Source: Candidatus Omnitrophota bacterium
GTDB taxonomy: Bacteria; Omnitrophota; Gorgyraeia; Gygaellales; Profunditerraquicolaceae
NCBI GenBank assembly: GCA_003598025.1
Contig: QZKH01000006.1
Coordinates: 172,035-236,034, forward strand
Reading direction: 5' to 3'
DNA length: 64,000 bases
In this document: piece after piece, positions 28,146 to 37,807 of the stretch
Layout of the letters: each line of letters opens with the position of its first letter
Position numbering within the stretch: the first letter of the stretch is position 1
The notes under the pieces: model-generated
Told to the model about the DNA's origin: nothing
Database searches by the model: none
The model's input: the letters and a program-made list of their open reading frames with translations, nothing else
Made by a program: the position numbers and the translations under genes

Positions 28146-29023
28146 CCCGATTTCTTTTTTGTGACCAGTTTAGTTATACACGAAACGACACTCTTGGTAG
28201 TATAATCAGGGGTGGATGCCCCTGCGGTAATCCCTACACTCTTCTTATTTTCAAACCAGCTTTTCTTGACATCTTTTCCGGATTGTACCCAGTATGTGTT
28301 CTTATTGATGGATCTAGAGATTTCGTATAGCCTTCTTGTATTTGCGCTGCGCCGGGAACCGATTATTATCATAACATCATTTTGAGCAGGCATTTCTTTG
28401 ATCTCAGCCTGTTTTATCCTGGTGGGGCGGCATATTGTATTAAAAAATTCTAGAGCAGGATTAATTTTTCTTAAATGATCTACCAAGGATAAGACTTTCT
28501 CTGAATTTTGCGTGGATTGCACAAGCACGCATAGTTTTTTATTCTTAAGCCTGTCAGCCCTGGTATTGTTTATGTTTTGGATTACCAGAGCTTTCCTTTT
28601 TAACTGGCCGATGATCCCGACGACTTCTTCGTGGTTTTTATCTCCTATCACAATAATATCACAACCCTCTTTTTCCTTTTCTTTCGCTATCTTATGGATT
28701 TCTTTAACCATCGGGCAAGTAGCATCGGCGATTTCATATCCGGATTTAATTGCTTCAAAAATGATTTTTTGCGGCGCGCCATGTGCACGGATCAATAATA
28801 TTTTATCTCTGCCTTTTCCCAGCTTGCTGATTTTTTGTACTCCAATTCTCTGGATATTGCGGGTGACATCTTCGTTATGTACGATATCACCTAGCATACA
28901 CACCGATTTTTTATTTCTGGCTGTTTCAAAAGCAATGCTAATCGCTCTTTTTACTCCTGAACAGAAACCGGCTGATTTAGCAATATTAATTCTCATTAAT
29001 AACCGCCTTTTAAGATTGTACAC
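28142..29023 (-). CDS. ispH: 4-hydroxy-3-methylbut-2-enyl diphosphate reductase IspH (LytB)
   Basis: MRINIAKSAGFCSGVKRAI N-terminus with first conserved Cys. Two further conserved Cys (ATCPMV, NTICRPT). Confidence 0.85.
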   Translation of the reverse strand: MYNLKRRLLMRINIAKSAGFCSGVKRAISIAFETARNKKSVCMLGDIVHNEDVTRNIQRIGVQKISKLGKGRDKILLIRAHGAPQKIIFEAIKSGYEIADATCPMVKEIHKIAKEKEKEGCDIIVIGDKNHEEVVGIIGQLKRKALVIQNINNTRADRLKNKKLCVLVQSTQNSEKVLSLVDHLRKINPALEFFNTICRPTRIKQAEIKEMPAQNDVMIIIGSRRSANTRRLYEISRSINKNTYWVQSGKDVKKSWFENKKSVGITAGASTPDYTTKSVVSCITKLVTKKKSG

Positions 29024-29844
29024 ACTATTATTTTGATTTTTTTGAAATTATTAACTTCAATTCTTTTATTAAGAACATCATAATCGTTATTTTCAATTTT
29101 TTCGAGTATTGAACTGTATAGATTTTTCATTATTGCGACAACCAGGCGCAGCCGTTTAAGGCGGATGATTTTTATGCCGCTGGAGCTTTCTGAGTAATAC
29201 TGCCGGGCGCGGCTTACCTGGAATTTAATCAATTCAATAAAGGCGTTGTCTACAATTCCATTACGGATATGCGATTCACTGACAGAAAAACGCTGCATCT
29301 CATCTTGAGGAATGTAGATTCTTGAATTGTTAAAATCCTCTTTTATATCTCTTACTATGTTAGTAAGCTGCATTGCTATGCCGAGTTTTACGGCGTGTAT
29401 CCTGGCACTACCATTATCATCGCCAAAAATCCTGAGCATGATCAATCCGATTACCCCGGCAGCTTTGTAGCAATAACCATATAGCTCTTCAAAATTCTCA
29501 TACCTGTTTTTACCTATGTCAATAGACATGCCCTCCAAAAGTAAGTCAAAATAACTTCTTGGTATATCATACCTCCGGATCGTTTCCCTGAATACATATA
29601 TCAGTGGGTCGTTAATCAAGCCATCCCCATAGGCAAGGTTAATTTTATCAGATATTAATTTTAATTCTTTGGCTGCAGTTTCACCATAATTAGAATCGAC
29701 TGATTCATCGCTTAGACGGCATATAGCATAAACTGCGTAACAGGCGTAGCGCATTCTCCCCGGAAGGAAGAGAGAGGCAAAGTAAAAGGTCCTGGCAAAT
29801 TTCTTTGTCAATTGTTTAGCGCATTTGTATCCCTGCTTTTTCAT
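28996..29844 (-). CDS. crtB: phytoene/squalene synthase family (CrtB)
   Basis: FYFASLFLP, YAICRLSDESVD (first Asp-rich) and NIVRDIKEDFNNSRIYIP (second Asp-rich) motifs. Overlaps ispH start. Confidence 0.85.
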   Translation of the reverse strand: MKKQGYKCAKQLTKKFARTFYFASLFLPGRMRYACYAVYAICRLSDESVDSNYGETAAKELKLISDKINLAYGDGLINDPLIYVFRETIRRYDIPRSYFDLLLEGMSIDIGKNRYENFEELYGYCYKAAGVIGLIMLRIFGDDNGSARIHAVKLGIAMQLTNIVRDIKEDFNNSRIYIPQDEMQRFSVSESHIRNGIVDNAFIELIKFQVSRARQYYSESSSGIKIIRLKRLRLVVAIMKNLYSSILEKIENNDYDVLNKRIEVNNFKKIKIIVCTILKGGY

Positions 29845-29890
29845 AGTTGTATTTTACAATATAATAAGTTAAATTAAAGATAAAAATTAC

Positions 29891-29968
29891 ATTAGTTCAT
29901 AGTTGATAGTTCATTGTTCATGGAAATGGCATTATCTGTGAACCGTGCTCTATGAACCATGAACTAAT
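29891..29968. repeat. GTTCAT-heptad palindromic intergenic element (copy 3) in divergent crtB / cyclase promoter region
   Basis: Perfect 10-bp terminal inverted repeat ATTAGTTCAT...ATGAACTAAT flanking GTTCAT/GTTGAT heptads and the shared TGTGAACCGTGC block. Confidence 0.5.
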
Positions 29969-30004
29969 TTATATTGATTAACTTTCTCTATGAAGTTAAA
30001 ATAA

Positions 30005-30331
30005 TTGATAGCCATGTCAAAATATCTGATTTTATTAATCCTGTCTTTAGCCGTTCCTTTTTTATTCAGTTTCTGGCCAGAATTGAGATTCTATAAGAAA
30101 GGAAACCTCAGGCGTTTATTTTTGTCTATCCTATTCATAGTCATAATATTTGGCGGCTGGGATATATTTGCTACCTGGAGAGGGCACTGGAGTTTTGATC
30201 CTGACGGTGTTCTTGGGGCCAGGATTATTAACCTTCCGCTGGAAGAAGTCTTATTTTTTGTAGTTATCCCATTTTGTTGTATTTTTACGTGGGAATCATT
30301 AAAATTGATTTCAAAGATGGGGGGCCGTTGA
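30005..30331 (+). CDS. lycopene cyclase domain protein (CrtYc/CrtYe-like subunit)
   Basis: 108 aa, 3 TM, PLEEVLFF motif typical of the small heterodimeric carotenoid cyclase subunits. Confidence 0.6.
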   Translation: MIAMSKYLILLILSLAVPFLFSFWPELRFYKKGNLRRLFLSILFIVIIFGGWDIFATWRGHWSFDPDGVLGARIINLPLEEVLFFVVIPFCCIFTWESLKLISKMGGR

Positions 30332-30624
30332 AAGAATACACGATTATTGCCTTAGTTTCGGTAGTTATTACTATCTTTACCGAATATAAGTTGAAAACCG
30401 GGATTTTTAAGAACAGGCTGTTTTATCGTTTTTTACTGATAATCCTGTTATTTAAACTTATGGTTAATGGGTATCTTACTTCCAGCCAAATAGTTAACTA
30501 TAACCCTGATTATTTTTTGGGCTTGCGGCTGATAAGCATACCTTTTGAAGATTTCTTGTTTGGTTTTAGCATGGTTACATTAACAATATGTTTTTGGGAG
30601 CATTTTGGTGAGCGTAATAATTAA
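30328..30624 (+). CDS. lycopene cyclase domain protein (CrtYd/CrtYf-like subunit)
   Basis: PFEDFLFGF motif. Probable TTG start at 30328 overlapping the upstream TGA (TTGA) with a GGGGGG SD. A longer ATG-initiated ORF from 30274 is also possible. Confidence 0.55.
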   Translation: MKEYTIIALVSVVITIFTEYKLKTGIFKNRLFYRFLLIILLFKLMVNGYLTSSQIVNYNPDYFLGLRLISIPFEDFLFGFSMVTLTICFWEHFGERNN

Positions 30625-31489
30625 GGCAGCTATCTTTATTATAATATTTTTCTTTATATCGCATGCGCAGGTTTTTCCTATGGATTGGAGGTCTCTGCAT
30701 GAAATGGCAGACAGCCTTACTCTGGAAGAAGCAGTGAAGAGATATGAATCTGACCCTTCTGCGGAAAATATATATATCTTGGGATTATGCAATCTTACTA
30801 ATCATCGCAATAAAGAAGCTATGAAAAATTTTGTCAGGCTAAGTGAGCTTAAGCCCGGTTCGGTTGAATCTGAATGGGGTATAGCCGAAGTCTTGCGGCG
30901 AGGACATGATTTGGCAAAAAGCAAAATAATTTTGTATAAGATAATAAAGGAAAACCCGGATTTTGCTCCCGCTTATTTAACCTTAGCTTATGTAGAATAC
31001 TTAAATAGGAATTTTGAAGAGACTGTAAAACTTGCATTTAAGGTAGTTAAAATGGGAAGAGCTGATATAGATGTCAGCAGCTATGCAAGAGCATATTTAT
31101 TGGTGGCAGCAGGCAAGGGAATGATCGCTCATTTTGGCGGGCCTATTTCTAAGGCGATAAACGGGACTGCAGTCATGTCCAACATAAAAAAGGCACAGAG
31201 TTTACAGCCTGATTCCGCAGGGCTGATGTTCAGCCTGGGCAGCTATTATCTTTTGGCACCGGCTTTAGCCGGAAAGGACATCGATGAAGCAGAAAAGTAT
31301 TTAAAAATGGCTATTGAGCGTGATCGTTTCCTGGCTGATGCTTATGTAAGACTGGCTCAAGTCTATAAAATTAAAAGAAAGGTTGATTTATATAATTCCT
31401 TTCTTAATAAGGCGCTAGAAATAGACCCGGGCAATGAGCTGGCCAAGGATATTAAAAGCCTTAAATGCAATTTTATATGTCCTGATTAG
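30605..31489 (+). CDS. TPR-repeat protein with signal peptide
   Basis: Hydrophobic N-terminus, repeated A/Y/L-rich 34-residue helical-repeat pattern. Confidence 0.45.
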   Translation: MVSVIIKAAIFIIIFFFISHAQVFPMDWRSLHEMADSLTLEEAVKRYESDPSAENIYILGLCNLTNHRNKEAMKNFVRLSELKPGSVESEWGIAEVLRRGHDLAKSKIILYKIIKENPDFAPAYLTLAYVEYLNRNFEETVKLAFKVVKMGRADIDVSSYARAYLLVAAGKGMIAHFGGPISKAINGTAVMSNIKKAQSLQPDSAGLMFSLGSYYLLAPALAGKDIDEAEKYLKMAIERDRFLADAYVRLAQVYKIKRKVDLYNSFLNKALEIDPGNELAKDIKSLKCNFICPD

Positions 31490-31552
31490 GCAGGATAGCA
31501 CTATTTTAAGTTTTCCTTGACACTTTAAAAATGTCATGTTAACTTATTAGAA

Positions 31553-32149
31553 ATGAATAAGATACAAAGCCAAGATAAAAGAAGAGACTTGCGCCTTAGG
31601 GCTTATCATTTGGTTAAATATAAAGTAATTTCAGATGCAGCCCAAAAGGATGCCCCTATGCTTATGGCTGCTATTGTCGATATTGGTGCCGGTGGGGTGC
31701 GTTTAAGTTGCGATGAGCCTATAGCTCCGGCTTCCATTATTGAAATAAAAATCAATTTTCCTTCCTGGGGTATCCCTATATTCAGTTTGGCTAAGGTAGT
31801 ATGGATCAGAAAAAGAGGCAAAAGCAATAGATTTTTGGCCGGCTTGCAATTCTTGGAAGTCAATCAGGCAATGCGTAATTTAATAAGCGAAGAGGTCAAT
31901 CTTGTAAATAACAAACTAAAACTTAAAAAGTATAGATTTTTATTTACGAAAGGAGATGGGACGATGAAAAACTTTTCTAAGATCCTTATAATCCTGGCAG
32001 TCATATGCGTTCTAGTTGCCCTTTCATTAAAGGTGACTACGATGGGAAAGCTATTGCCTGGTCCGTTACCGATAAACTGGGCTAAATTAGCCGATACCTT
32101 TCTTTTGTTCGCTATAGCCGTTTCTTTGCTTAACAAAGACGTAAGATAG
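31553..32149 (+). CDS. PilZ-domain protein with C-terminal TM anchor
   Basis: RRDLRLRAY (RxxxR) and DIGAGGVRL (DxSxGG-like) motifs. C-terminal two TM helices. Confidence 0.55.
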   Translation: MNKIQSQDKRRDLRLRAYHLVKYKVISDAAQKDAPMLMAAIVDIGAGGVRLSCDEPIAPASIIEIKINFPSWGIPIFSLAKVVWIRKRGKSNRFLAGLQFLEVNQAMRNLISEEVNLVNNKLKLKKYRFLFTKGDGTMKNFSKILIILAVICVLVALSLKVTTMGKLLPGPLPINWAKLADTFLLFAIAVSLLNKDVR

Positions 32150-32202
32150 CTTTACGTAAGCGCATTTATAAACCCAGAGGCTTACTTCTTTGTTTCAAAA
32201 AT

Positions 32203-33549
32203 ATGGCTAGTAAATTCATTCCCATTATAATATCATTAACTTTTTTGCCAGCTTTATCCGGAATAGGGCTGGCGCAGGAATTTAACCTTACTCCCAGAGA
32301 CAATACTATTTTTGTTACGCTCAACCAGCTGCAACAGAGAGAAGAGGCAATAAGGGATGCAATGAGGGATGCCCAGTTAAGGCTGGTTGAAAGTGATTAC
32401 GCCGTAACAAAAAGCAGCGCAGGCAAAATCAGCGATAGAAAGTTGTTCCGCGAGAAAATATTTTCAATAAAAGGCCATCCTTATGTTGATATAACTAATA
32501 CTTTTAACGATAATATCGATAACACCAGGCATAAAAAGTCAGCTATCATTAATACCGTTTCTCCCGGATTCAAGCTTAACCTGATTGGAAGAAAGAAATC
32601 CGTATATTTAGATACTTATCTTTCTGCGCTTTATTATAATAACCGTTCCAGGGAGAATATCTGGGAGGCGGGCACCTCTGTTTTAGGAAACATTAGTTTC
32701 GGTAAATTCTTAGCTTCGGTTTACGACAATTATAATGATAACCGTATTGGTGGCAGTGATGTAGGGGTTAAATTAAATACGGCTGATTATTATTGGTCTA
32801 ATAAGTTCAATACGAGCTTTAGCGGGAATTTCAACCGTTACGGATTTGATTTGGGATATACGAGGAACGATATTGAGTATAATGAAGGTTATGACCCGGA
32901 TTCGCTTACCGATGATGATGAGGACAGCGTTAATGCAAGCCATTTTGAAGAGATTTTTAATTTTAATCAATATCTGAGGCTTGCTACAAAGACCCGCCTT
33001 ATATTTGAATATTCATATGGGAATGTCACTTATACTACGAAACTTACTCCTTCGGAGGATAACTTTTATAATATTATGGGTATTGGCGTTTCCGGAGTAT
33101 TGTCGCCCAAAACAACATTTTTGACTAAATTAAATTATACCGACACTGATTTTAAAGAAAAGGATGATACTTCAGACTTATTGTTCGGAGTTAATATTGG
33201 TTACCGTCTTTCGGATAGGGCGGATTTAGCATTTTCTCCCAGTTATCTTGTGCATAGCACTGCCAGTACAAGCCAGAGGTATAACAAAGTGACGATGGAT
33301 ATAAGCGGTAACCACCGTTTTGCTTTTAATCCAAGACTTAAGGCGTCCCTTGGGTATAAGCAGGAATTCTTTGATTACGGCAAAAGGGACGGCACTGAAA
33401 CAGTCAATACTTATTCTTTTGGGCTTGCATACGCTTTTAAGAGATGGCTTGATTTCAGCCTGGGATATGTCTACAAAGAGCGCAATTCCAATGTTAATGA
33501 AGAATACTACGGTAATACATTTACATTTAAGACACAAGCTAAATTTTAA
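32203..33549 (+). CDS. outer-membrane beta-barrel protein (polysaccharide-export associated?)
   Basis: Signal peptide ending LAQE. Alternating amphipathic beta-strand pattern. C-terminal ...TQAKF aromatic terminal residue typical of OMPs. Confidence 0.45.
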   Translation: MASKFIPIIISLTFLPALSGIGLAQEFNLTPRDNTIFVTLNQLQQREEAIRDAMRDAQLRLVESDYAVTKSSAGKISDRKLFREKIFSIKGHPYVDITNTFNDNIDNTRHKKSAIINTVSPGFKLNLIGRKKSVYLDTYLSALYYNNRSRENIWEAGTSVLGNISFGKFLASVYDNYNDNRIGGSDVGVKLNTADYYWSNKFNTSFSGNFNRYGFDLGYTRNDIEYNEGYDPDSLTDDDEDSVNASHFEEIFNFNQYLRLATKTRLIFEYSYGNVTYTTKLTPSEDNFYNIMGIGVSGVLSPKTTFLTKLNYTDTDFKEKDDTSDLLFGVNIGYRLSDRADLAFSPSYLVHSTASTSQRYNKVTMDISGNHRFAFNPRLKASLGYKQEFFDYGKRDGTETVNTYSFGLAYAFKRWLDFSLGYVYKERNSNVNEEYYGNTFTFKTQAKF

Positions 33550-33576
33550 TATTTTTCTTATTAGGAGGATGAATAT

Positions 33577-34407
33577 ATGCGTATAAAAAATGTTTTTATA
33601 ACTTTATTCGTTTTGTCATTGTCTTTTATATTTAACTGTAACTCCCTTGCTCAAGAGAGGGAATATAAAATACAGCCCAATGATGTCATACAGATAACTG
33701 TATTCGGGGAAGAGGACCTGTCGATTACTGCAAAAGTATCTCAAGACGGCACGATTTCTTATCCTCTGCTTGGAGTTATTAAGGTCGCCGGATATACCGA
33801 GCGTAATTTAGCTAAGAACATGACTGAGTGGCTGGGCGAAGATTATTTAGTTATGCCTCAGGTTAGTGTTTTTGTTAAGCAGTATTCGAGGGTCTCCGTA
33901 TTGGGCCAGGTGCGTCTGCCGGGATCATATGAAATAAAAGAGAATCTTACGCTGACCCAGGCAATTGCTTTAGCAGGCGGCTTTACCGAACAAGCAGATA
34001 TTTCGGCAGTAAAGATAATCCATGGTGAGCCGAGTGACGGAGAAAATAATAACAAATTGATTAATGTAAATAAAATTATTGATAAGTCAGCCCCTGATAT
34101 TGAGATCAGCGCCAACGATACCATTGTGGTTGAAGAATACGGCAGGATCTCTATTATCGGCCAGGTTAACAGGCCGGGTATGTACGCGTTAAAAAGAGAC
34201 CTTACGGTTGTCGAAGCCATAGGCCTTGCCGGAGGTTTCACCCCTACTGCTTCTCAAAATGGCACAAGGATAATCAGGGTAGAAGAGAACAACAAGAAGC
34301 AGGTTATAAGCGTCCCTGTTGCAAGCATAATCAGAAGCGGAGATACTTCCAGAGACCAGATATTGCAACCCGGAGACACAATCGTTGTCCCGGAGTCTTT
34401 CTTCTAA
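33577..34407 (+). CDS. wza: polysaccharide export protein Wza-like (Poly_export + SLBB)
   Basis: YKIQPNDVIQITVFG...DGTISYPLLGVIKVAGYT Poly_export motif, then two SLBB repeats (GQVRLPGSYE, GQVNRPGMYA). Confidence 0.85.
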   Translation: MRIKNVFITLFVLSLSFIFNCNSLAQEREYKIQPNDVIQITVFGEEDLSITAKVSQDGTISYPLLGVIKVAGYTERNLAKNMTEWLGEDYLVMPQVSVFVKQYSRVSVLGQVRLPGSYEIKENLTLTQAIALAGGFTEQADISAVKIIHGEPSDGENNNKLINVNKIIDKSAPDIEISANDTIVVEEYGRISIIGQVNRPGMYALKRDLTVVEAIGLAGGFTPTASQNGTRIIRVEENNKKQVISVPVASIIRSGDTSRDQILQPGDTIVVPESFF

Positions 34408-34527
34408 TCTGGCAACCCTTCCTGTATCACTATAACTCTTATATAATAAAAAGGTTATGAGTTTTTAATAATGTGCAAATAACCTATTTATTAAGAGCTT
34501 TTCATGATAAAAAGTTATACAAAACAA

Positions 34528-34556
34528 TTGACTTCATTAATTATTTCTGTTATAAA
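34528..34556 (+). promoter_or_regulatory. sigma70-like promoter TTGACT-17-TATAAA upstream of wzc
   Basis: Hexamers and spacing read directly in the 196-bp AT-rich gap. Confidence 0.35.
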
Positions 34557-34603
34557 TTATATAAATATCAATAGTATTTTCTATTGAAAAGAAAGGGCAG
34601 GCG

Positions 34604-36454
34604 ATGCTACCCACCCCACAGTTTAGGGATGTAACCATAAAAGATTATGCTATTGTTCTAAAAAGAAGGGTTTGGTTGATTCTCGCTTGTTTTATCATTT
34701 CTACCACCTGGTCAGCTATAAAAACATTCCAAAAAACCCCGCTATATAAAACTTCTTGTAAGGTCCTGATGGGCACATCCCGTCCTGATATAGTGCCAGT
34801 AAAAGAAACTAATTTAGACCGTTCCTGGGTTGGTTACATGGAATATGTAAACAGCCAGATTAAGATACTATATTCCCGGACTTTAGCAAGTAAGGTAGTC
34901 GAGTATCTTTCGTCTATAGGGGATAAGACTTTTGCGGATGCACAGGACCCTGAAAGTGCCTTTTTATCAGGTGTCAGCGTTGATTTTGTGCCCGGTACAC
35001 AGGTACTTAATATAGGTTATATAAGCAGCGACCCGGTAAAAGCAGCAAGGTTTGCCAACGCTTTAACTACAACTTATATAAAAGCGGATTTAAGCAAAAC
35101 TTCTCAAGTCAGCAGCTATGCTTCTGATTGGCTTACGCAGCAATTGGATGAGATCAAAAAGAAGCTTGAGGTTTCAGAGAAACAACTTAACGATTTTATC
35201 CAGGAAAATCAGATAATCTCGTTGCCTGATATAGAGAGAAAATCCCAAGTCATACTTGATGGGCTTAAATCCGAGAGGTTAAGGGTTGAGAATGAAATGG
35301 CCGCGTTAGCAACAAGGTATAGGCCGAAGCATCCCTCAATGCTAAGCCTAAAAACAAAATTAGATTCGATAGATAAAAGCATCCAGGATGAGACAAATAA
35401 GTTATTGGCTTTAAACCAGAAGATGATTACTTATAACTCATTAAAGAGAGAAGTAGATACAAATATCTCCTTATATGACGCTTTATTAAGAAGGACAAAG
35501 GAGACAGAGGTTACCAAACAATTAGAGACTACAAATATCAGTATTATTGATTCCGCGGATGTGCCTAAGTACGCCTTTAGCCCGAACCGGAAGAGGGAAA
35601 TAAGCTTAGGCGCCTTTTTGGGTTTTTTTGCCGGAATAATCCTAGCCTTCTTTCTTGAATATCTTGATTCTACAGTTAAGACCGCAGAAGATATAGAAAC
35701 TTATGTAAGGCTTCCTTTCCTGGGGTATATTCCGTCAGCCAAGCATGAGATTAAACTAGGCAAAGATATTGATATTGCTTCAAACAAATTACCGCATTCA
35801 AGGATCTCCGAGGCATACAGGTCTATCCGTACCTCTATAATATTCTCTACACCGGAAGACAGGCCGCTAAAAACCTTGCTTATTACAAGCGCTTCTCCCC
35901 AGGAAGGTAAAACTACAGTTGCAATAAATTTGGCTATAGTCTTTGCTAAATCTAATGAGAAGGTCCTTCTTATCGAAGCAGACATGCGCAGGCCGAGGAT
36001 TTCCGAAAGTCTGGGAGTAAAAGCGCAGTCAGGGTTAAGCAATCTTTTAACGGGTAATAAAGGCGTAGATGATGTAGTGAATCAAACATCCGTTCCAAAC
36101 CTTTATTTTATTTCTAGCGGCCCAAAGCCGCCTAATCCTGCTGAGCTTCTTACTTCAGTTAAAACGCGCAACCTTTTAAATGAGCTTAGGGAGCGGTTTG
36201 ACAGGATTATTATAGATTCTCCTCCGGTAATTTCTGTTGCCGATACTGCCATTTTAGCAAATATCGTTGATGGAGTAATAGATGTTATCCGCGCCGGATT
36301 CCTGAATATTGAGCTTATTTTGAGAGGAAGGCAGAGGCTGTATGAAGCCAAGGCGCGTATAATAGGCGTTATCCTGAATAATGTAAATGTAAAGAGCGAA
36401 GACTCTTACTATTATTACCACTATTATTACGCTGACGATAAAGCAAAAAAATAA
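34604..36454 (+). CDS. wzc: Wzc-like polysaccharide co-polymerase / BY-family tyrosine autokinase
   Basis: Two TM flanking a periplasmic coiled-coil (Wzz/GNVR). Walker A SASPQEGKTTVAINLA. C-terminal Tyr cluster DSYYYYHYYYADD. Confidence 0.85.
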   Translation: MLPTPQFRDVTIKDYAIVLKRRVWLILACFIISTTWSAIKTFQKTPLYKTSCKVLMGTSRPDIVPVKETNLDRSWVGYMEYVNSQIKILYSRTLASKVVEYLSSIGDKTFADAQDPESAFLSGVSVDFVPGTQVLNIGYISSDPVKAARFANALTTTYIKADLSKTSQVSSYASDWLTQQLDEIKKKLEVSEKQLNDFIQENQIISLPDIERKSQVILDGLKSERLRVENEMAALATRYRPKHPSMLSLKTKLDSIDKSIQDETNKLLALNQKMITYNSLKREVDTNISLYDALLRRTKETEVTKQLETTNISIIDSADVPKYAFSPNRKREISLGAFLGFFAGIILAFFLEYLDSTVKTAEDIETYVRLPFLGYIPSAKHEIKLGKDIDIASNKLPHSRISEAYRSIRTSIIFSTPEDRPLKTLLITSASPQEGKTTVAINLAIVFAKSNEKVLLIEADMRRPRISESLGVKAQSGLSNLLTGNKGVDDVVNQTSVPNLYFISSGPKPPNPAELLTSVKTRNLLNELRERFDRIIIDSPPVISVADTAILANIVDGVIDVIRAGFLNIELILRGRQRLYEAKARIIGVILNNVNVKSEDSYYYYHYYYADDKAKK

Positions 36455-36463
36455 TCGTAATAA

Positions 36464-37807
36464 ATGCCAAATCGTATCTTTCTTGCCTGTCTTTTCCTTC
36501 TTGTCATCTTTAGTTGTCTTACCTATGGCGGAGTAACACCTTTATATTCTATGATAATTAATGTGGCGGCCTTATCATTAAGCTGCTGCTGGTTGATTAC
36601 TGCCATTTCTAAAAAAGAGACCTATTTTGTCAAAACCGGTTTAGCCATTCCTGTTTCTTTATTCAGTTTGATTATCTTACTGCAGTTGACGCCTATCCCT
36701 GCCGGCGTGTTAAAAATCTTTTCATATAATATGTACAGAATATATATAATGGCTTTTCCGGAAGCAGGAGAAGGATTATTATTACCCCTGAGCGTTAATC
36801 CGGATTCAACTATCCAAGAATTATTGAATTATGTTGTCCTCATTGTACTTTTTTTTATGACTATCAACATTGTGGATACCAAAAAAGAATTCAACTTTTT
36901 ATTCAATGGGATAATATTTTTCGGGCTTGCAATAAGCATCTTTGGGATAATCCAGAAATATTCTTATTCGTATAAAGTATATTGGTTTGATTCCCCGCAA
37001 ACTGCCACTTCCCCTTTTGGGCCGTTTGTTTACCGCAATAATTTTGCCGGCTATATTAATATGATAATCCCTTTGGCTATCGGTTATTTCTTCCTGGATA
37101 TGCCTTTATCAAAAAGGCTAATTTATGGCTTTTGTATCGGAATAATGGCGTTGGCATTATTCTTGACTTTCTCAAGGGCTGGGATCGCGGTATTTCTTAT
37201 TTGTATTTTGCTTTTATTGGCATTAGCACGGTTTAAAATAAAAACAGATGTAAAAATATTTAATCTTGTCAGTGCCATATTATTAGCCTTAATATCCGTA
37301 TTGTTCTTATTTTTTGTCGATTATAAGGCTCTTTTTATGAGAATAACAACTATATTCAGTGACCAGGCTTTTATTATTTTCGGGCACGGTTATTCTTGGA
37401 AAGATATTGTAAAGATCTGGGCTGATTTTCCTGTTTTCGGTACCGGTTTGGGTACTTTTGGCAGCATATCTTCAATGTATAAGACTACTTTCTCGCAGAA
37501 ATTATTTACTTATGCACACAATGATTTTCTACAGTTGCTATCGGAAGTGGGGATCGTCGGTTGTGCGTTAATCATTATTTTTTTCTTAAAGTATTTTTTG
37601 ACGGTAATAAAACTGTGGTTGAGCAGGCGGGACCCTTTTGTCATATATATTGTGATGGGCGGAATGGTTTCTGTTGCCGGGGTTTTGGTTTATTCATTGT
37701 TAGATTTTAATTTGCATATACCGGCAAATTCCGTACTTTTTTCCGTTTTATTGGGCTTAGTATACCGGCTGACAATTTCAAAATTTCATAATGAGTACAG
37801 CAAATAG
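36464..37807 (+). CDS. O-antigen ligase/Wzy-like polymerase family membrane protein
   Basis: About 10-12 TM with a large loop. Position directly after wzc. Confidence 0.55.
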   Translation: MPNRIFLACLFLLVIFSCLTYGGVTPLYSMIINVAALSLSCCWLITAISKKETYFVKTGLAIPVSLFSLIILLQLTPIPAGVLKIFSYNMYRIYIMAFPEAGEGLLLPLSVNPDSTIQELLNYVVLIVLFFMTINIVDTKKEFNFLFNGIIFFGLAISIFGIIQKYSYSYKVYWFDSPQTATSPFGPFVYRNNFAGYINMIIPLAIGYFFLDMPLSKRLIYGFCIGIMALALFLTFSRAGIAVFLICILLLLALARFKIKTDVKIFNLVSAILLALISVLFLFFVDYKALFMRITTIFSDQAFIIFGHGYSWKDIVKIWADFPVFGTGLGTFGSISSMYKTTFSQKLFTYAHNDFLQLLSEVGIVGCALIIIFFLKYFLTVIKLWLSRRDPFVIYIVMGGMVSVAGVLVYSLLDFNLHIPANSVLFSVLLGLVYRLTISKFHNEYSK

